NCBI GenBank assembly: GCA_902611145.1
Contig: CACLYO010000005.1
Coordinates: 13,154-77,153, forward strand
DNA length: 64,000 nucleotides
Source of the DNA: an uncultured Pelagibacteraceae bacterium
GTDB taxonomy: Bacteria; Pseudomonadota; Alphaproteobacteria; Pelagibacterales; Pelagibacteraceae
Reading direction: 5' to 3'
The notes below the pieces were generated by a model that saw only the letters and a program-made list of their open reading frames with translations, did no database searches and was not told the DNA's origin. Below are positions 28,905-38,157 of this stretch, one piece after another. Made by a program: the position numbers and the translations under genes. Each line of letters begins with the position of its first letter. Positions within the stretch are counted from its first letter, which is position 1.

Positions 28905-29915
28905 TTAAAAACTTAATTTTTTTAAATCCTTAGTAATATTAGTTGGAATATTAATTTTTTTATTTAGATTTTTTTTATATCTTCGATATTTGTTTTGGCC
29001 AGGATATAAAATTTCTTTCACACCTTTTAATTTAGGCAATCTTTTAATTCTTTTAATATTTTCTTTAATTCTTTCATTATAATTTCCAATAAAAAGATTT
29101 GGTTTTATTACAATAAATAAATGCCCAATATTTTGTGGTCCAGAAAAATCATCGAAAGGATCTTTTACTTTTCCACTGTGGTTTCCTCCAGTAAGAACAC
29201 CACTTAAAATATCAACCATCCAAGCAAGACCCGATCCTCTAAAACCAGCTATTGGTAACTGAACACCAGCTAGTGCTTTTTTAGCATCGGTGGTGGGTTT
29301 ACCAAATTTATCTAACGCAACACCTTCAGGAATTTTTTTGTTAGTTCTTGCAGCTACTCTTATTTTACCTCTATTAATAACTGATACAGATGTATCTAAT
29401 ATAAAAGGAATTTTTGATGCTGTGGGTGTTCCAAAGCAAATTGGATTTGTCCCAAATAAACTTTTTTTAGCGCCATGAGGAGCTATTGCAGGCGGCGCAT
29501 TAGTAAAACATATTGCAATTAAATTTTTTTTTACTGCTTGTTCTGCGTAATAACCTGATAAACCGTAATGTCCACTATTTTTTATTCCAACAAGACCTAT
29601 CCCTGTTTTTTTTGCATTGTTTATCGCCTTTTTCATTCCAATATCGGCAGCAACGAATCCAATACTATTGTTTGCATCTATATGTGTAATTGATTTAGAG
29701 ATTTTTTTAATTTTAATTTTAGGTTTAGGATTAATTACCTTTTTATTTATTCTATCACAGTACATCTTAAGTCTTGATAAGCCATGTGATGGCGCACCAA
29801 CTAATTCTGCATTAATTAAGGCGTCAGCACAAATTTTAGCATGATTAGAGCTTAACTTATGTTTTTTAAAAATATTTTTAACAATTAAATGTAGCTTTTT
29901 AGATTTATTATTCAA
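28905..29915 (-). CDS. Ldh_2 family (malate/L-lactate/sulfolactate) dehydrogenase, ComC-like
   Basis: SHGLSRL, NSGHYG, GTNPI, FRGSGL, YPG motifs of the Ldh_2 family. Confidence 0.85.
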   Translation of the reverse strand: MNNKSKKLHLIVKNIFKKHKLSSNHAKICADALINAELVGAPSHGLSRLKMYCDRINKKVINPKPKIKIKKISKSITHIDANNSIGFVAADIGMKKAINNAKKTGIGLVGIKNSGHYGLSGYYAEQAVKKNLIAICFTNAPPAIAPHGAKKSLFGTNPICFGTPTASKIPFILDTSVSVINRGKIRVAARTNKKIPEGVALDKFGKPTTDAKKALAGVQLPIAGFRGSGLAWMVDILSGVLTGGNHSGKVKDPFDDFSGPQNIGHLFIVIKPNLFIGNYNERIKENIKRIKRLPKLKGVKEILYPGQNKYRRYKKNLNKKINIPTNITKDLKKLSF

Positions 29916-29955
29916 TTAATTCTCCAAGTATTTTTATTTAATAAGTAAAAAATAA

Positions 29956-31881
29956 CTAACCTTTTCCACGCCATGGGATAGTTTTGTCGATTATTTTTCT
30001 TAAAGTAACGTCGAATAAAAGTCCCAACATACCCATAATGAATATGGTAATCCAAATAACTTCATATTGGAAATATTTTTTAGCAACGTTTTCTACAAAT
30101 CCTATTCCAGTAGTACCCGCTAAAAATTCTGCTGCCACAAGAGTTCCCCAGCACATTCCAACAGCAACTCTTATTCCAGTTAATATTTCAGGTAATGAAT
30201 TAGGAAATATAACATATCTTAAGATTTGTTTCTTTGAAGCACCCAAAGAATGAGCTGCATGGATTTTTGATAGTTGAGTACCTGACGCCCCAGCTCTTGC
30301 TGAGATAATCATTATTGATAATGATACCATAAATAACAAGAATACTTTTCCAGTATTATCAATTCCTAAAACTGAAATAATTAAAGGAGCCCATGCTAGA
30401 GGGGGTACAGGTCTATAAAGTTCAATTAAAGGGTCAAAGAAACCTTTCGCAAATCTATTTAAACCCATAAATAATCCCAATGGAACTCCAATTAAAATTC
30501 CAAAAATTAGTCCTAAAAATACTCTTAAAAATGAATCCCAAATATGCCCATACGGAACTGGAATCTTAAATAATTTAAAATCTCCTGTAACAACTTTAAG
30601 AACTTTTCCCTTAAAATTTTGTTTAACAACACCTTCATTCGTATGTATAGGATATTCTCCAGGCAGAATGTCAGCTATCCAATCAGGTAAAATAAATCCA
30701 ATTATTTTACTTACATCCATCATATCAATCCAAAGTAGAGGGATATTTTTGTAACCAACACTAGGTTTTGACATTAAAATAAATTTATTTAATGTATCAG
30801 ATGGTTTTGGCAACCATCTTCCAGAACCTTGTTCAGAACAACTAGGACCGCTTGCAACTATAGTTCCTGCAGGAAATAAAAGTATATCAACTAATCTCAG
30901 GCCACCTTGCTCAGATTTTTGAAGATTATCAAATTCAATAATTGCACTTTGCATATCATTAAGAGCATTTGGTGGGTAGATGCTAGCATACTCAATTCTT
31001 CTTGCAATTTTAACAATATCTTTTGCATAAGCTGATGCTATTTCTTCTGTATCATCTAAGTTTTTTCTGTATGTTTTTATTTCTTCTTTTATTTCTTTAA
31101 TTGAATTTTTGAATTGTGAATTATGATTTCTTAACTTAAAAAATTTATCATTAATTACTTGAAGTTCTTCAGCGGCTGCATGAAATTTTAAACCTTTGTC
31201 AGTAGCAGGTACCAATGGTACTTCTAATGTATTTTCTATGGATCCAGTTCCTGCTTGCACTTTAATAATACCCCATTTACCTTGTTCTGATATAGCTTTT
31301 TGCCTTTCATTTTTTTCTGCTTGGGTTTCAAATGGATAATCTTTCTTTTTAAAATTTGAGCTTAATAATCTTAACTCGTCAGTCATTTCTTTAATTTTAG
31401 TCTTTGTATCCATTTCCATTAAATTATCATTTGTTAGCAAAGGAATTAATTGAGTAGTTTTATTGATAAATCCAACTAAAGTTGTTTTTTGTTGAATATT
31501 TAAATCTTGGGAATTTTGAATTTCGACAGTGATTTTATTAAGGTTTTTATTTTCAATTTTTATTATTGAAGTACTTTTAAATTCTCTTTCTTCGATTGGA
31601 AACTGATATTTTAATCCCAATAAAGAGTCATTTACTTTAGCAACCTGGCACAATTCATTAGCTGATTTAGGGTAAAATCCTTTAGCAATATCCCAAGAGT
31701 AATATAGCCAAATTAGTAAGAGTGCACTACTCCCCACAATTACCCAGTGTGTTCCTCCCTTAGCTCTTTCTGGGTTACCAAAAACTGCATCAACTTTTTC
31801 AGTTTTTATTAATCTTCTACCGTAAAGAATACATCCAACAATTGATACAAGGATTAATATTGTAATTATTTGGGTAAGCAT
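29956..31881 (-). CDS. tauC: taurine/sulfonate ABC permease TauC with a large extra N-terminal domain
   Basis: The C-terminal ~200 aa carry RPVPPLAWAP, AAHSLGAS and LVAAE. Two N-terminal TM helices plus a ~380-aa soluble helical region precede them. Confidence 0.8.
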   Translation of the reverse strand: MLTQIITILILVSIVGCILYGRRLIKTEKVDAVFGNPERAKGGTHWVIVGSSALLLIWLYYSWDIAKGFYPKSANELCQVAKVNDSLLGLKYQFPIEEREFKSTSIIKIENKNLNKITVEIQNSQDLNIQQKTTLVGFINKTTQLIPLLTNDNLMEMDTKTKIKEMTDELRLLSSNFKKKDYPFETQAEKNERQKAISEQGKWGIIKVQAGTGSIENTLEVPLVPATDKGLKFHAAAEELQVINDKFFKLRNHNSQFKNSIKEIKEEIKTYRKNLDDTEEIASAYAKDIVKIARRIEYASIYPPNALNDMQSAIIEFDNLQKSEQGGLRLVDILLFPAGTIVASGPSCSEQGSGRWLPKPSDTLNKFILMSKPSVGYKNIPLLWIDMMDVSKIIGFILPDWIADILPGEYPIHTNEGVVKQNFKGKVLKVVTGDFKLFKIPVPYGHIWDSFLRVFLGLIFGILIGVPLGLFMGLNRFAKGFFDPLIELYRPVPPLAWAPLIISVLGIDNTGKVFLLFMVSLSIMIISARAGASGTQLSKIHAAHSLGASKKQILRYVIFPNSLPEILTGIRVAVGMCWGTLVAAEFLAGTTGIGFVENVAKKYFQYEVIWITIFIMGMLGLLFDVTLRKIIDKTIPWRGKG

Positions 31882-32679
31882 TTAGTTCTCTTTCCCCATA
31901 ATTTCTTCTTCCATGTTCCAGATCATGGATAATATTTCCTCTCTTTTTGATGAAAATTCTTTGTTCTTTTTAATTTCTCTTAAATCTTCTTTTAAACCCA
32001 TTTCTGCAAAAGGAAGATTATATTCCTTATGTATTCTGCCGGGCCTTGGTGCCATCACATATAGTCTTTCACCAAGTAACAAAGCTTCTTCTACTGAGTG
32101 AGTAATTAAAATAATTGTTTTTCCTGTCTCTTTCCAAATTTTTAAAACTAGAGACTGCATTTTCTCTCTTGTTAATGCATCAAGCGCACCTAGAGGTTCA
32201 TCCATAAGAATTAAGTCAGGGTCATTTATTAAACATCTTGCAAGAGCTACTCTTTGCTGCATACCACCAGATAATTGATAAGTTGGTGTATTTCCAAAAC
32301 CTTTCAACCCAACTATATCTAACCATTCTTCAACTTTTTTTGCAGTAGTTTCAGAATTTTCTTTTTTCATCCTAAGCCCAAAATTTACATTTTCAGAAAC
32401 GGTTAACCATTCAAATAGAGCCCCTTGTTGAAAAACCATACCTCTATCAACTCCTGGTCCATTAATTTCGTTATTACCTAGAGTTATAGTTCCAGATGTT
32501 GGTCTGATAAAACCAGCTGCAATATTTAATAAAGTAGTTTTTCCACATCCTGAGGGACCAAGTACTGTTAAAAGTTCACCTTTTTTAATTGTGAAATTTA
32601 AATCTTTTAATGCATGAACAGTCTCTCCTTTTGGAGATTTAAAAATCATATTTAAATTTTGAGAAACTAAATCACTCAT
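31882..32679 (-). CDS. tauB: taurine/sulfonate ABC ATP-binding protein
   Basis: GPSGCGKT, LSGGMQQR, MDEPLGALDALTRE, ITHSVEEA, PRPGRI. Confidence 0.88.
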   Translation of the reverse strand: MSDLVSQNLNMIFKSPKGETVHALKDLNFTIKKGELLTVLGPSGCGKTTLLNIAAGFIRPTSGTITLGNNEINGPGVDRGMVFQQGALFEWLTVSENVNFGLRMKKENSETTAKKVEEWLDIVGLKGFGNTPTYQLSGGMQQRVALARCLINDPDLILMDEPLGALDALTREKMQSLVLKIWKETGKTIILITHSVEEALLLGERLYVMAPRPGRIHKEYNLPFAEMGLKEDLREIKKNKEFSSKREEILSMIWNMEEEIMGKEN

Positions 32680-32712
32680 GAGATGACTTTATATTAAAAT
32701 TCTAATAAAAAA

Positions 32713-32745
32713 AATAGGCACCAATTTAAAAAATTGGCGCCTATT
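32713..32745 (-). terminator. intercistronic stem-loop with U-tract after tauA
   Basis: Minus strand reads AATAGGCGCCAATT...AATTGGTGCCTATT followed by a T-run. Confidence 0.75.
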
Positions 32746-32767
32746 AAATTTTTCTTTCTCTATTTAA

Positions 32768-33709
32768 TTATAGAGGTAAGAAACTAGTATCTACATTTCC
32801 TTTTGGTGTTCCCATTCCATCTAAGAATCCCTTAAGATTACCACTCTCCATAGATTTTTTAGTTTCTGCTGGAGTTAGAAATTTAAATCCACCAATAGTT
32901 TCTTTCATATCTGCTAACTTCATTTCAGCATCTTTAGCTATAACATTTAAGTCAGATTTACCTGCTGCATATCTAGCGTTTGCTTCATGAGTTACTTCGA
33001 TGAAAGTTCTTAACATTCCTGGATTTTCCTTCATAAACTTTGTAGTTACTGAAGTAATATCTATACCTAAGATGCCTGCATCTCTAGCTTCCCCGACTGT
33101 AAGTAATCTAGATCCAACTGCAGTTGCAGCTTTGATAGAATTACCACCAAATAAACATGCCATTACAACATCACCACTTACTAAAGCAGCAGCACCTTCT
33201 TCAGGGTCCATTTGAATTACATCCATTTTATTTCTGTCAGCTCCAACAACTTTCATACTTTCATCAAAAACGTACTCAGCCATTGTCCCTAGTGGAACAG
33301 CAACTTTTTTACCTTCTAATTCAGAAGCGTTAGCTTTTGTGATTCCTGAAGCGTTAGAAGTAACACAAGTTGTTCCTCCCATACCGTACTCCATAGCAAT
33401 ATCTACAAGTTTGATTGGTGCTTTAGATTTTACAGCATTAATAAATGGTACTAATCCTTGTGAGTAAGAAATATCAATATCTCCTGCTAACATAGCATCA
33501 GTCATTGCTCCACCATTAGTAAAGTTTGTCCATTTAACTGGTACTCCTAATGCTTTTTCGTACATACCTTTAACCTTGTCTTCTTGGTTAGGTGTTGGCC
33601 ATTCTAAGAAGAAAGCTACTCTAACTTGGTTAGCAGCCGCGCTAGCTACTGAAATAGTCAAGCCTAAAGCAACTATTGATCCTAGAAGAAAACTAATTAT
33701 TTTTTTCAT
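32768..33709 (-). CDS. tauA: taurine ABC substrate-binding protein
   Basis: Signal peptide; FLEWPTPNQ, ISYSQGLVPF and GKKVAVPLGT typical of alphaproteobacterial TauA; GGGG RBS. Confidence 0.8.
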   Translation of the reverse strand: MKKIISFLLGSIVALGLTISVASAAANQVRVAFFLEWPTPNQEDKVKGMYEKALGVPVKWTNFTNGGAMTDAMLAGDIDISYSQGLVPFINAVKSKAPIKLVDIAMEYGMGGTTCVTSNASGITKANASELEGKKVAVPLGTMAEYVFDESMKVVGADRNKMDVIQMDPEEGAAALVSGDVVMACLFGGNSIKAATAVGSRLLTVGEARDAGILGIDITSVTTKFMKENPGMLRTFIEVTHEANARYAAGKSDLNVIAKDAEMKLADMKETIGGFKFLTPAETKKSMESGNLKGFLDGMGTPKGNVDTSFLPL

Positions 33710-33805
33710 TATTTCCCCTTTGTATTATTAATTAATAATTGCAGCATTAAAGTTCATATTGAAAGCAATGTAAATGGTCATTTAGTTTAAAATAGGCCGG
33801 AGCAG

Positions 33806-33833
33806 TTGACAAATCAATCAAAAGTTGTATTTA
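33806..33833 (+). promoter_or_regulatory. putative sigma70 promoter for the aminotransferase-ald operon
   Basis: TTGACA-N16-TATTTA, flanked by the direct repeat TAGTTTAAAATA at 33783 and 33863. Confidence 0.5.
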
Positions 33834-33914
33834 AATTTGAAAAGTGTGTGCTCAAATTTATCTAGTTTAAAATAATTAATTAGTCTAAAAACAATAAAAT
33901 TGACCAAAAAATTT

Positions 33915-35261
33915 ATGAGTTCAGATAACAAATTCAAAATGCCCAACTCTCTTAATGAGCATTGGATGCCATTTACTGCAAATAAAGATTTTAAAGAAAA
34001 CCCAAGACTTATTACTGAAGCTAAAGGCGTTTATATGAAAAACCATGAAGGACAAAACTTAATTGATGCAAGTTCAGGTTTGTTTTGCAATCCTTTAGGC
34101 CATGGAAGAAAAGAAATTATTAATGCTATTACTAAACAATTAGAAACTTTAGACTATTGCCAACCCTTCCAACAAGGTTTTGGAGGTTCTTTTGACCTTG
34201 CAACAAGAATATCTAAACACACTCCAGGAAATTTAAATAAAATTTTTTATACTATATGTGGATCTACAGCTGTTGAAACAGCAATTAAAATTGCAATCGC
34301 GTATCATAAGGCAAGAGGAGAAGGAAGTAGATTTAGATTTGTAGGAAGAGAAAGAGCATATCATGGAATGAATATAGGTGCGACTTCGGTAGGAGGAATG
34401 ATCAATAACGTTAAAACTTTTGCAAGCGTTTTAATGCCAGGTGTTGTTCATATGAGACACACTCATTTACCTGAGCATAAATTTGTTTCAGGTCAACCAG
34501 AAACTGGAGCTGAACTCGCTAATGATTTAGAGAGAATTTGTGCAAATTTCGGAGGAGAAAATATTGCAGCTTGTATTGTTGAACCTGTAGCTGGTTCAAC
34601 AGGAACACTCGTTCCTCCAAAAGGTTATCTACAAAGACTTAGAGAAATTTGTGATAAGCACGGAATACTTTTGATTTTTGATGAAGTAATTACTGGTTGG
34701 GGAAGAATGGGTTCTGCTTTTGGAGCTCAAGAATTTGGCGTCACTCCAGATTTAATGACAATGGCTAAAGCTACAACAAATGGAATTGTGCCAATGGGTG
34801 TTGTTGCTTGTAAAGAAGAAATTTATGATGCTATAGTAGATGGTTCGCCTAAAGGAACAATAGAACTTTTCCATGGCTATACTTATTCAGGAATTCCTAT
34901 TTCTGTTGCTGCTGCATTAGCTGTTCAAGATATTTTTGAAAAAGAAGACATTTTTAATAGATCAAAAGAAATGGCACCTTATTTTCAAGAAGCTATATTT
35001 TCACTTAAAGATCTAGAAGCCGTTGATAATATAAGAGGTTATGGAATGATGGCTGGAGTAGATATAAAGATGGATCAAAAACCAGGAAAAGCAGGTTTTA
35101 CATGTTTTAAACATTGTTATGAAGTAGGAGTAAATTTTAAAGCGACTGGCGATTGCCTAATTATCGCACCAATGTTCATTTCTGAAAAAAAACATATCGA
35201 TGAAATAATTGAAAAACTTAGAACAGGAATAACAAATTATACAAAAAGCAAAAAAAATTAA
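33915..35261 (+). CDS. class III omega-amino acid:pyruvate aminotransferase (taurine/beta-alanine type)
   Basis: HWMPFTAN, GSTAVETA, YHG, FDEVITGWGR, TMAK (PLP Lys), HGYTYS. ATG 33915 preferred over TTG 33900. Confidence 0.88.
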   Translation: MSSDNKFKMPNSLNEHWMPFTANKDFKENPRLITEAKGVYMKNHEGQNLIDASSGLFCNPLGHGRKEIINAITKQLETLDYCQPFQQGFGGSFDLATRISKHTPGNLNKIFYTICGSTAVETAIKIAIAYHKARGEGSRFRFVGRERAYHGMNIGATSVGGMINNVKTFASVLMPGVVHMRHTHLPEHKFVSGQPETGAELANDLERICANFGGENIAACIVEPVAGSTGTLVPPKGYLQRLREICDKHGILLIFDEVITGWGRMGSAFGAQEFGVTPDLMTMAKATTNGIVPMGVVACKEEIYDAIVDGSPKGTIELFHGYTYSGIPISVAAALAVQDIFEKEDIFNRSKEMAPYFQEAIFSLKDLEAVDNIRGYGMMAGVDIKMDQKPGKAGFTCFKHCYEVGVNFKATGDCLIIAPMFISEKKHIDEIIEKLRTGITNYTKSKKN

Positions 35262-35269
35262 ATTTTTTT

Positions 35270-36385
35270 ATGAAAATTGGTGTTCCTAAAGAAATAAAAC
35301 CTCAAGAAAATCGCATTGGCTTAACTCCTGAAAGTGTTAAAAAATTAGTTTCCAACGATCATGAAGTATTAATTGAAAATAATGCTGGATATGAAGCTGG
35401 CTTTGAAAATGATCAATATAAAAATGCTGGTGCAAAAATTGTAGATAAAGCAGGTGATATTTTTAATGATGCTGAAATAATTGTAAAAGTTAAGGAACCT
35501 TTATCAAGCGAAGTTAAAATGATAAGGGAAAATCAAATTATTTTTACATACCTACACCTAGCAGCAGCAAAAGAATTAACCGAAGGTTTAATAAAATCTA
35601 AAGGAGTTTGTATTGCCTATGAAACTGTAACAGATAATAACGGAAGATTACCATTGCTTGCACCAATGAGCGCTGTAGCTGGGAGAATGTCTGTTCAAGC
35701 AGGAGCACATTGTTTGGAAAAAAACCAAAAAGGAAGAGGAGTATTATTAGGTGGCGCCCCAGGCGGTGAACCTGCTAATGTCTTAATACTTGGAGGCGGA
35801 GTTGTTGGGGAAAATGCTGCAACAATTGCAACCGGTATGAGAGCAAAAGTTCATATAGTAGACAAGTCAGAAAAAAGGCTAAAACAATTAACAGAAATAT
35901 TTGGAGATAAAATTGTACCAGAACTAAGTGAAAAAACTGATTTAAACAAATTAATTTCCGAGTGTGATTTGTTAGTTGGAGGTGTTTTAATTCCAGGTGC
36001 TGAAGCGCCAAAACTTGTAACAAAAAATATGTTAAAAAATATGAAAAGAGGTTCTGTAATTGTTGATGTTGCAATTGACCAGGGAGGTTGTGTTGAAACT
36101 AGTAAACCAACTACTCATGCAAACCCCACTTATATAGTTGATGATGTAGTTCATTATTGTGTAGCGAATATGCCAGGTGGAGTTCCAAGAACATCAACTT
36201 TCGCTTTAAATCAAGCAACACTTCCTTTTTTAATAAAATTGGCAAAAGATGGTTATAAAAAATCTTTAAATGATGATCCAAATTTTTTAGCAGGTTTAAA
36301 TGTTTGTAAAGGAAACGTTACATATAAAGCTGTCGCAGATATTTTTGGACATAAATATATTTCAGCAAAAGAGGCAGTAAATTAA
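35270..36385 (+). CDS. ald: alanine dehydrogenase
   Basis: MKIGVPKEIK, FTYLHLAA, LLAPMSAVAG, DVAIDQGGC, VANMPG. Confidence 0.95.
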   Translation: MKIGVPKEIKPQENRIGLTPESVKKLVSNDHEVLIENNAGYEAGFENDQYKNAGAKIVDKAGDIFNDAEIIVKVKEPLSSEVKMIRENQIIFTYLHLAAAKELTEGLIKSKGVCIAYETVTDNNGRLPLLAPMSAVAGRMSVQAGAHCLEKNQKGRGVLLGGAPGGEPANVLILGGGVVGENAATIATGMRAKVHIVDKSEKRLKQLTEIFGDKIVPELSEKTDLNKLISECDLLVGGVLIPGAEAPKLVTKNMLKNMKRGSVIVDVAIDQGGCVETSKPTTHANPTYIVDDVVHYCVANMPGGVPRTSTFALNQATLPFLIKLAKDGYKKSLNDDPNFLAGLNVCKGNVTYKAVADIFGHKYISAKEAVN

Positions 36386-36826
36386 ATGTACAGACCTTTA
36401 CCTGACGGACTAACTATTAAAAATTCTCCAATCGAAGGTTTAGGTTTATTTACTAATATTGATATAAAAATAAATTCATTTATTGGAGTAACACATATTA
36501 GAGATGAACAATTTGAGAATAAATATATAAGAACTCCCTTAGGTGGCTTTTATAACCACTCTAATAATCCAACAGTAATAAGAATGGTTTCAGATTTTCT
36601 GCCAAGATTAAAATTTGGAGATATAGTAGATCCAAGTATGACTGGTAAAAAAATAAAAGATGGAAAAACTGATAGAGAAAACATGTATTATAACCTACAT
36701 GAAAAAATTGATGCAAAATTTATGTTCATGGTAACAATAAAAGATGTCAAACCTGGCGATGAATTAACTGCAAATTATAATCTTTACACTTACCCAAAAA
36801 CAGGTGTTGGATTACAAATGATTTAA
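36386..36826 (+). CDS. stand-alone SET-domain protein
   Basis: SPIEGLGLF (GxG), GFYNHSNNP (NHS..P) and GDELTANY motifs. Confidence 0.8.
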   Translation: MYRPLPDGLTIKNSPIEGLGLFTNIDIKINSFIGVTHIRDEQFENKYIRTPLGGFYNHSNNPTVIRMVSDFLPRLKFGDIVDPSMTGKKIKDGKTDRENMYYNLHEKIDAKFMFMVTIKDVKPGDELTANYNLYTYPKTGVGLQMI

Positions 36827-36852
36827 TATATTTAAAATTATCATAAAAATTT

Positions 36853-38157
36853 ATGAAAATTTTTAATGATAACTCCTGTGGATGGATTGATTATAAAAAT
36901 CAAAGATTAAATATTAAAAAACTTAATACAGATTTAAGTTGTGATTATTTAATAGTTGGTGCTGGCTTTACTGGATTATCAGCTGCAAGAAAATTAGGAC
37001 AAATTGCTAAAAATAAAAAAATTGTTTTAATAGATGCACAGTTAGCAGGAGAAGGTGCTAGCAGTAGAAACTCTGGCTATTTAGTTGATACAACATTAAA
37101 TGATGGGTTTACCTCGGATAAAGATATTTCTAATTACAAAAAAAAAGCTCAAATATATGAGTTAGGCATTAAAGCTATTAAAAAATTTAATAAAGAGTAC
37201 CAAGTAGACTGCGATTGGAATGAATGCGGTAAATATTTTGCTTCATCTAGATTAGAGGATGAAGTTAAGGCAAAAAATTTTAGTGATTTATTAAAAAAAT
37301 TGAACTTTAAAAATACAATTCTTTACCAAAGCGATCTTAAAAAAAAATTAGGTACAAATTTTTATAAGGTAGGTGTTTTTACTAATGGAGGAATATTATT
37401 AAATCCAGGTAAGTTAATTAAAGCTATGGTAAATGCTTTACCAGAAAATGTGAGATTATTTGAAAATACTACTTTGTTAAAATGGAAAAAATCAAATGAA
37501 AATATAGAATGTTCATTTGAAAAAAATAATATTAAAACTAAAAAAATTATTTTTTGTACCAATGGTTTTTTAAGTAATTTAGGTATTAAAAAAAGATATA
37601 ATTTTCCTATTACACTTACTGCTAGTATGACAAGACCTCTAAATGAAAAAGAGTTTAAATCTATAGGTGAACCAAAAGAGTGGGGAGTATTACCAATTAG
37701 ACCAATGGGAGCAACTGTTAGAATGACAAAAGATAGAAGAATTTTAATTAGAAATACTGCAGAGTTAAGAAACCCTAATAGCATGTCTAAAAAAGATTTA
37801 AATAAAAGAATTTATTTTCATAAGATTGGGATTGAAAAAAGATTTCCAACATTAGAAAAAAATATTATTAATTCAAGCTGGTCAGGAATTGTTTGTAGAA
37901 GCGGAAACAGTTCTCAAATATTTGAAAAAATTGATACAAATATTTTTGTTGCTGGTTGTTATAATGGTTCAGGAATCGGGGTTGGTACATTATTTGGTGA
38001 ACAAATTGCATTAATGGCAGAACATGAAAATTCGGAAGAAATTTCAATAATTCAAAGTAAAAAACAACCAAACTGGTTACCACCACAACCTTTTTTAAAC
38101 ATAGGTATATTTACCAGATTACTTTTTGAGAAAATAATTGCTAAAAGTGAGATCTAA
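36853..38157 (+). CDS. FAD-dependent oxidoreductase (DAO/PuuB-like)
   Basis: VGAGFTGLS, GASSRNSG, CTNGF, YNGSGIG.GT motifs. Confidence 0.85.
   Translation: MKIFNDNSCGWIDYKNQRLNIKKLNTDLSCDYLIVGAGFTGLSAARKLGQIAKNKKIVLIDAQLAGEGASSRNSGYLVDTTLNDGFTSDKDISNYKKKAQIYELGIKAIKKFNKEYQVDCDWNECGKYFASSRLEDEVKAKNFSDLLKKLNFKNTILYQSDLKKKLGTNFYKVGVFTNGGILLNPGKLIKAMVNALPENVRLFENTTLLKWKKSNENIECSFEKNNIKTKKIIFCTNGFLSNLGIKKRYNFPITLTASMTRPLNEKEFKSIGEPKEWGVLPIRPMGATVRMTKDRRILIRNTAELRNPNSMSKKDLNKRIYFHKIGIEKRFPTLEKNIINSSWSGIVCRSGNSSQIFEKIDTNIFVAGCYNGSGIGVGTLFGEQIALMAEHENSEEISIIQSKKQPNWLPPQPFLNIGIFTRLLFEKIIAKSEI

Noticed and set aside
33796-33890. SAM-V riboswitch-like look (GAGCA...TGCTC pairing, GTTGA)
   Set aside because: No 3' segment able to form the pseudoknot was found, and the region is better explained as a TTGACA promoter.
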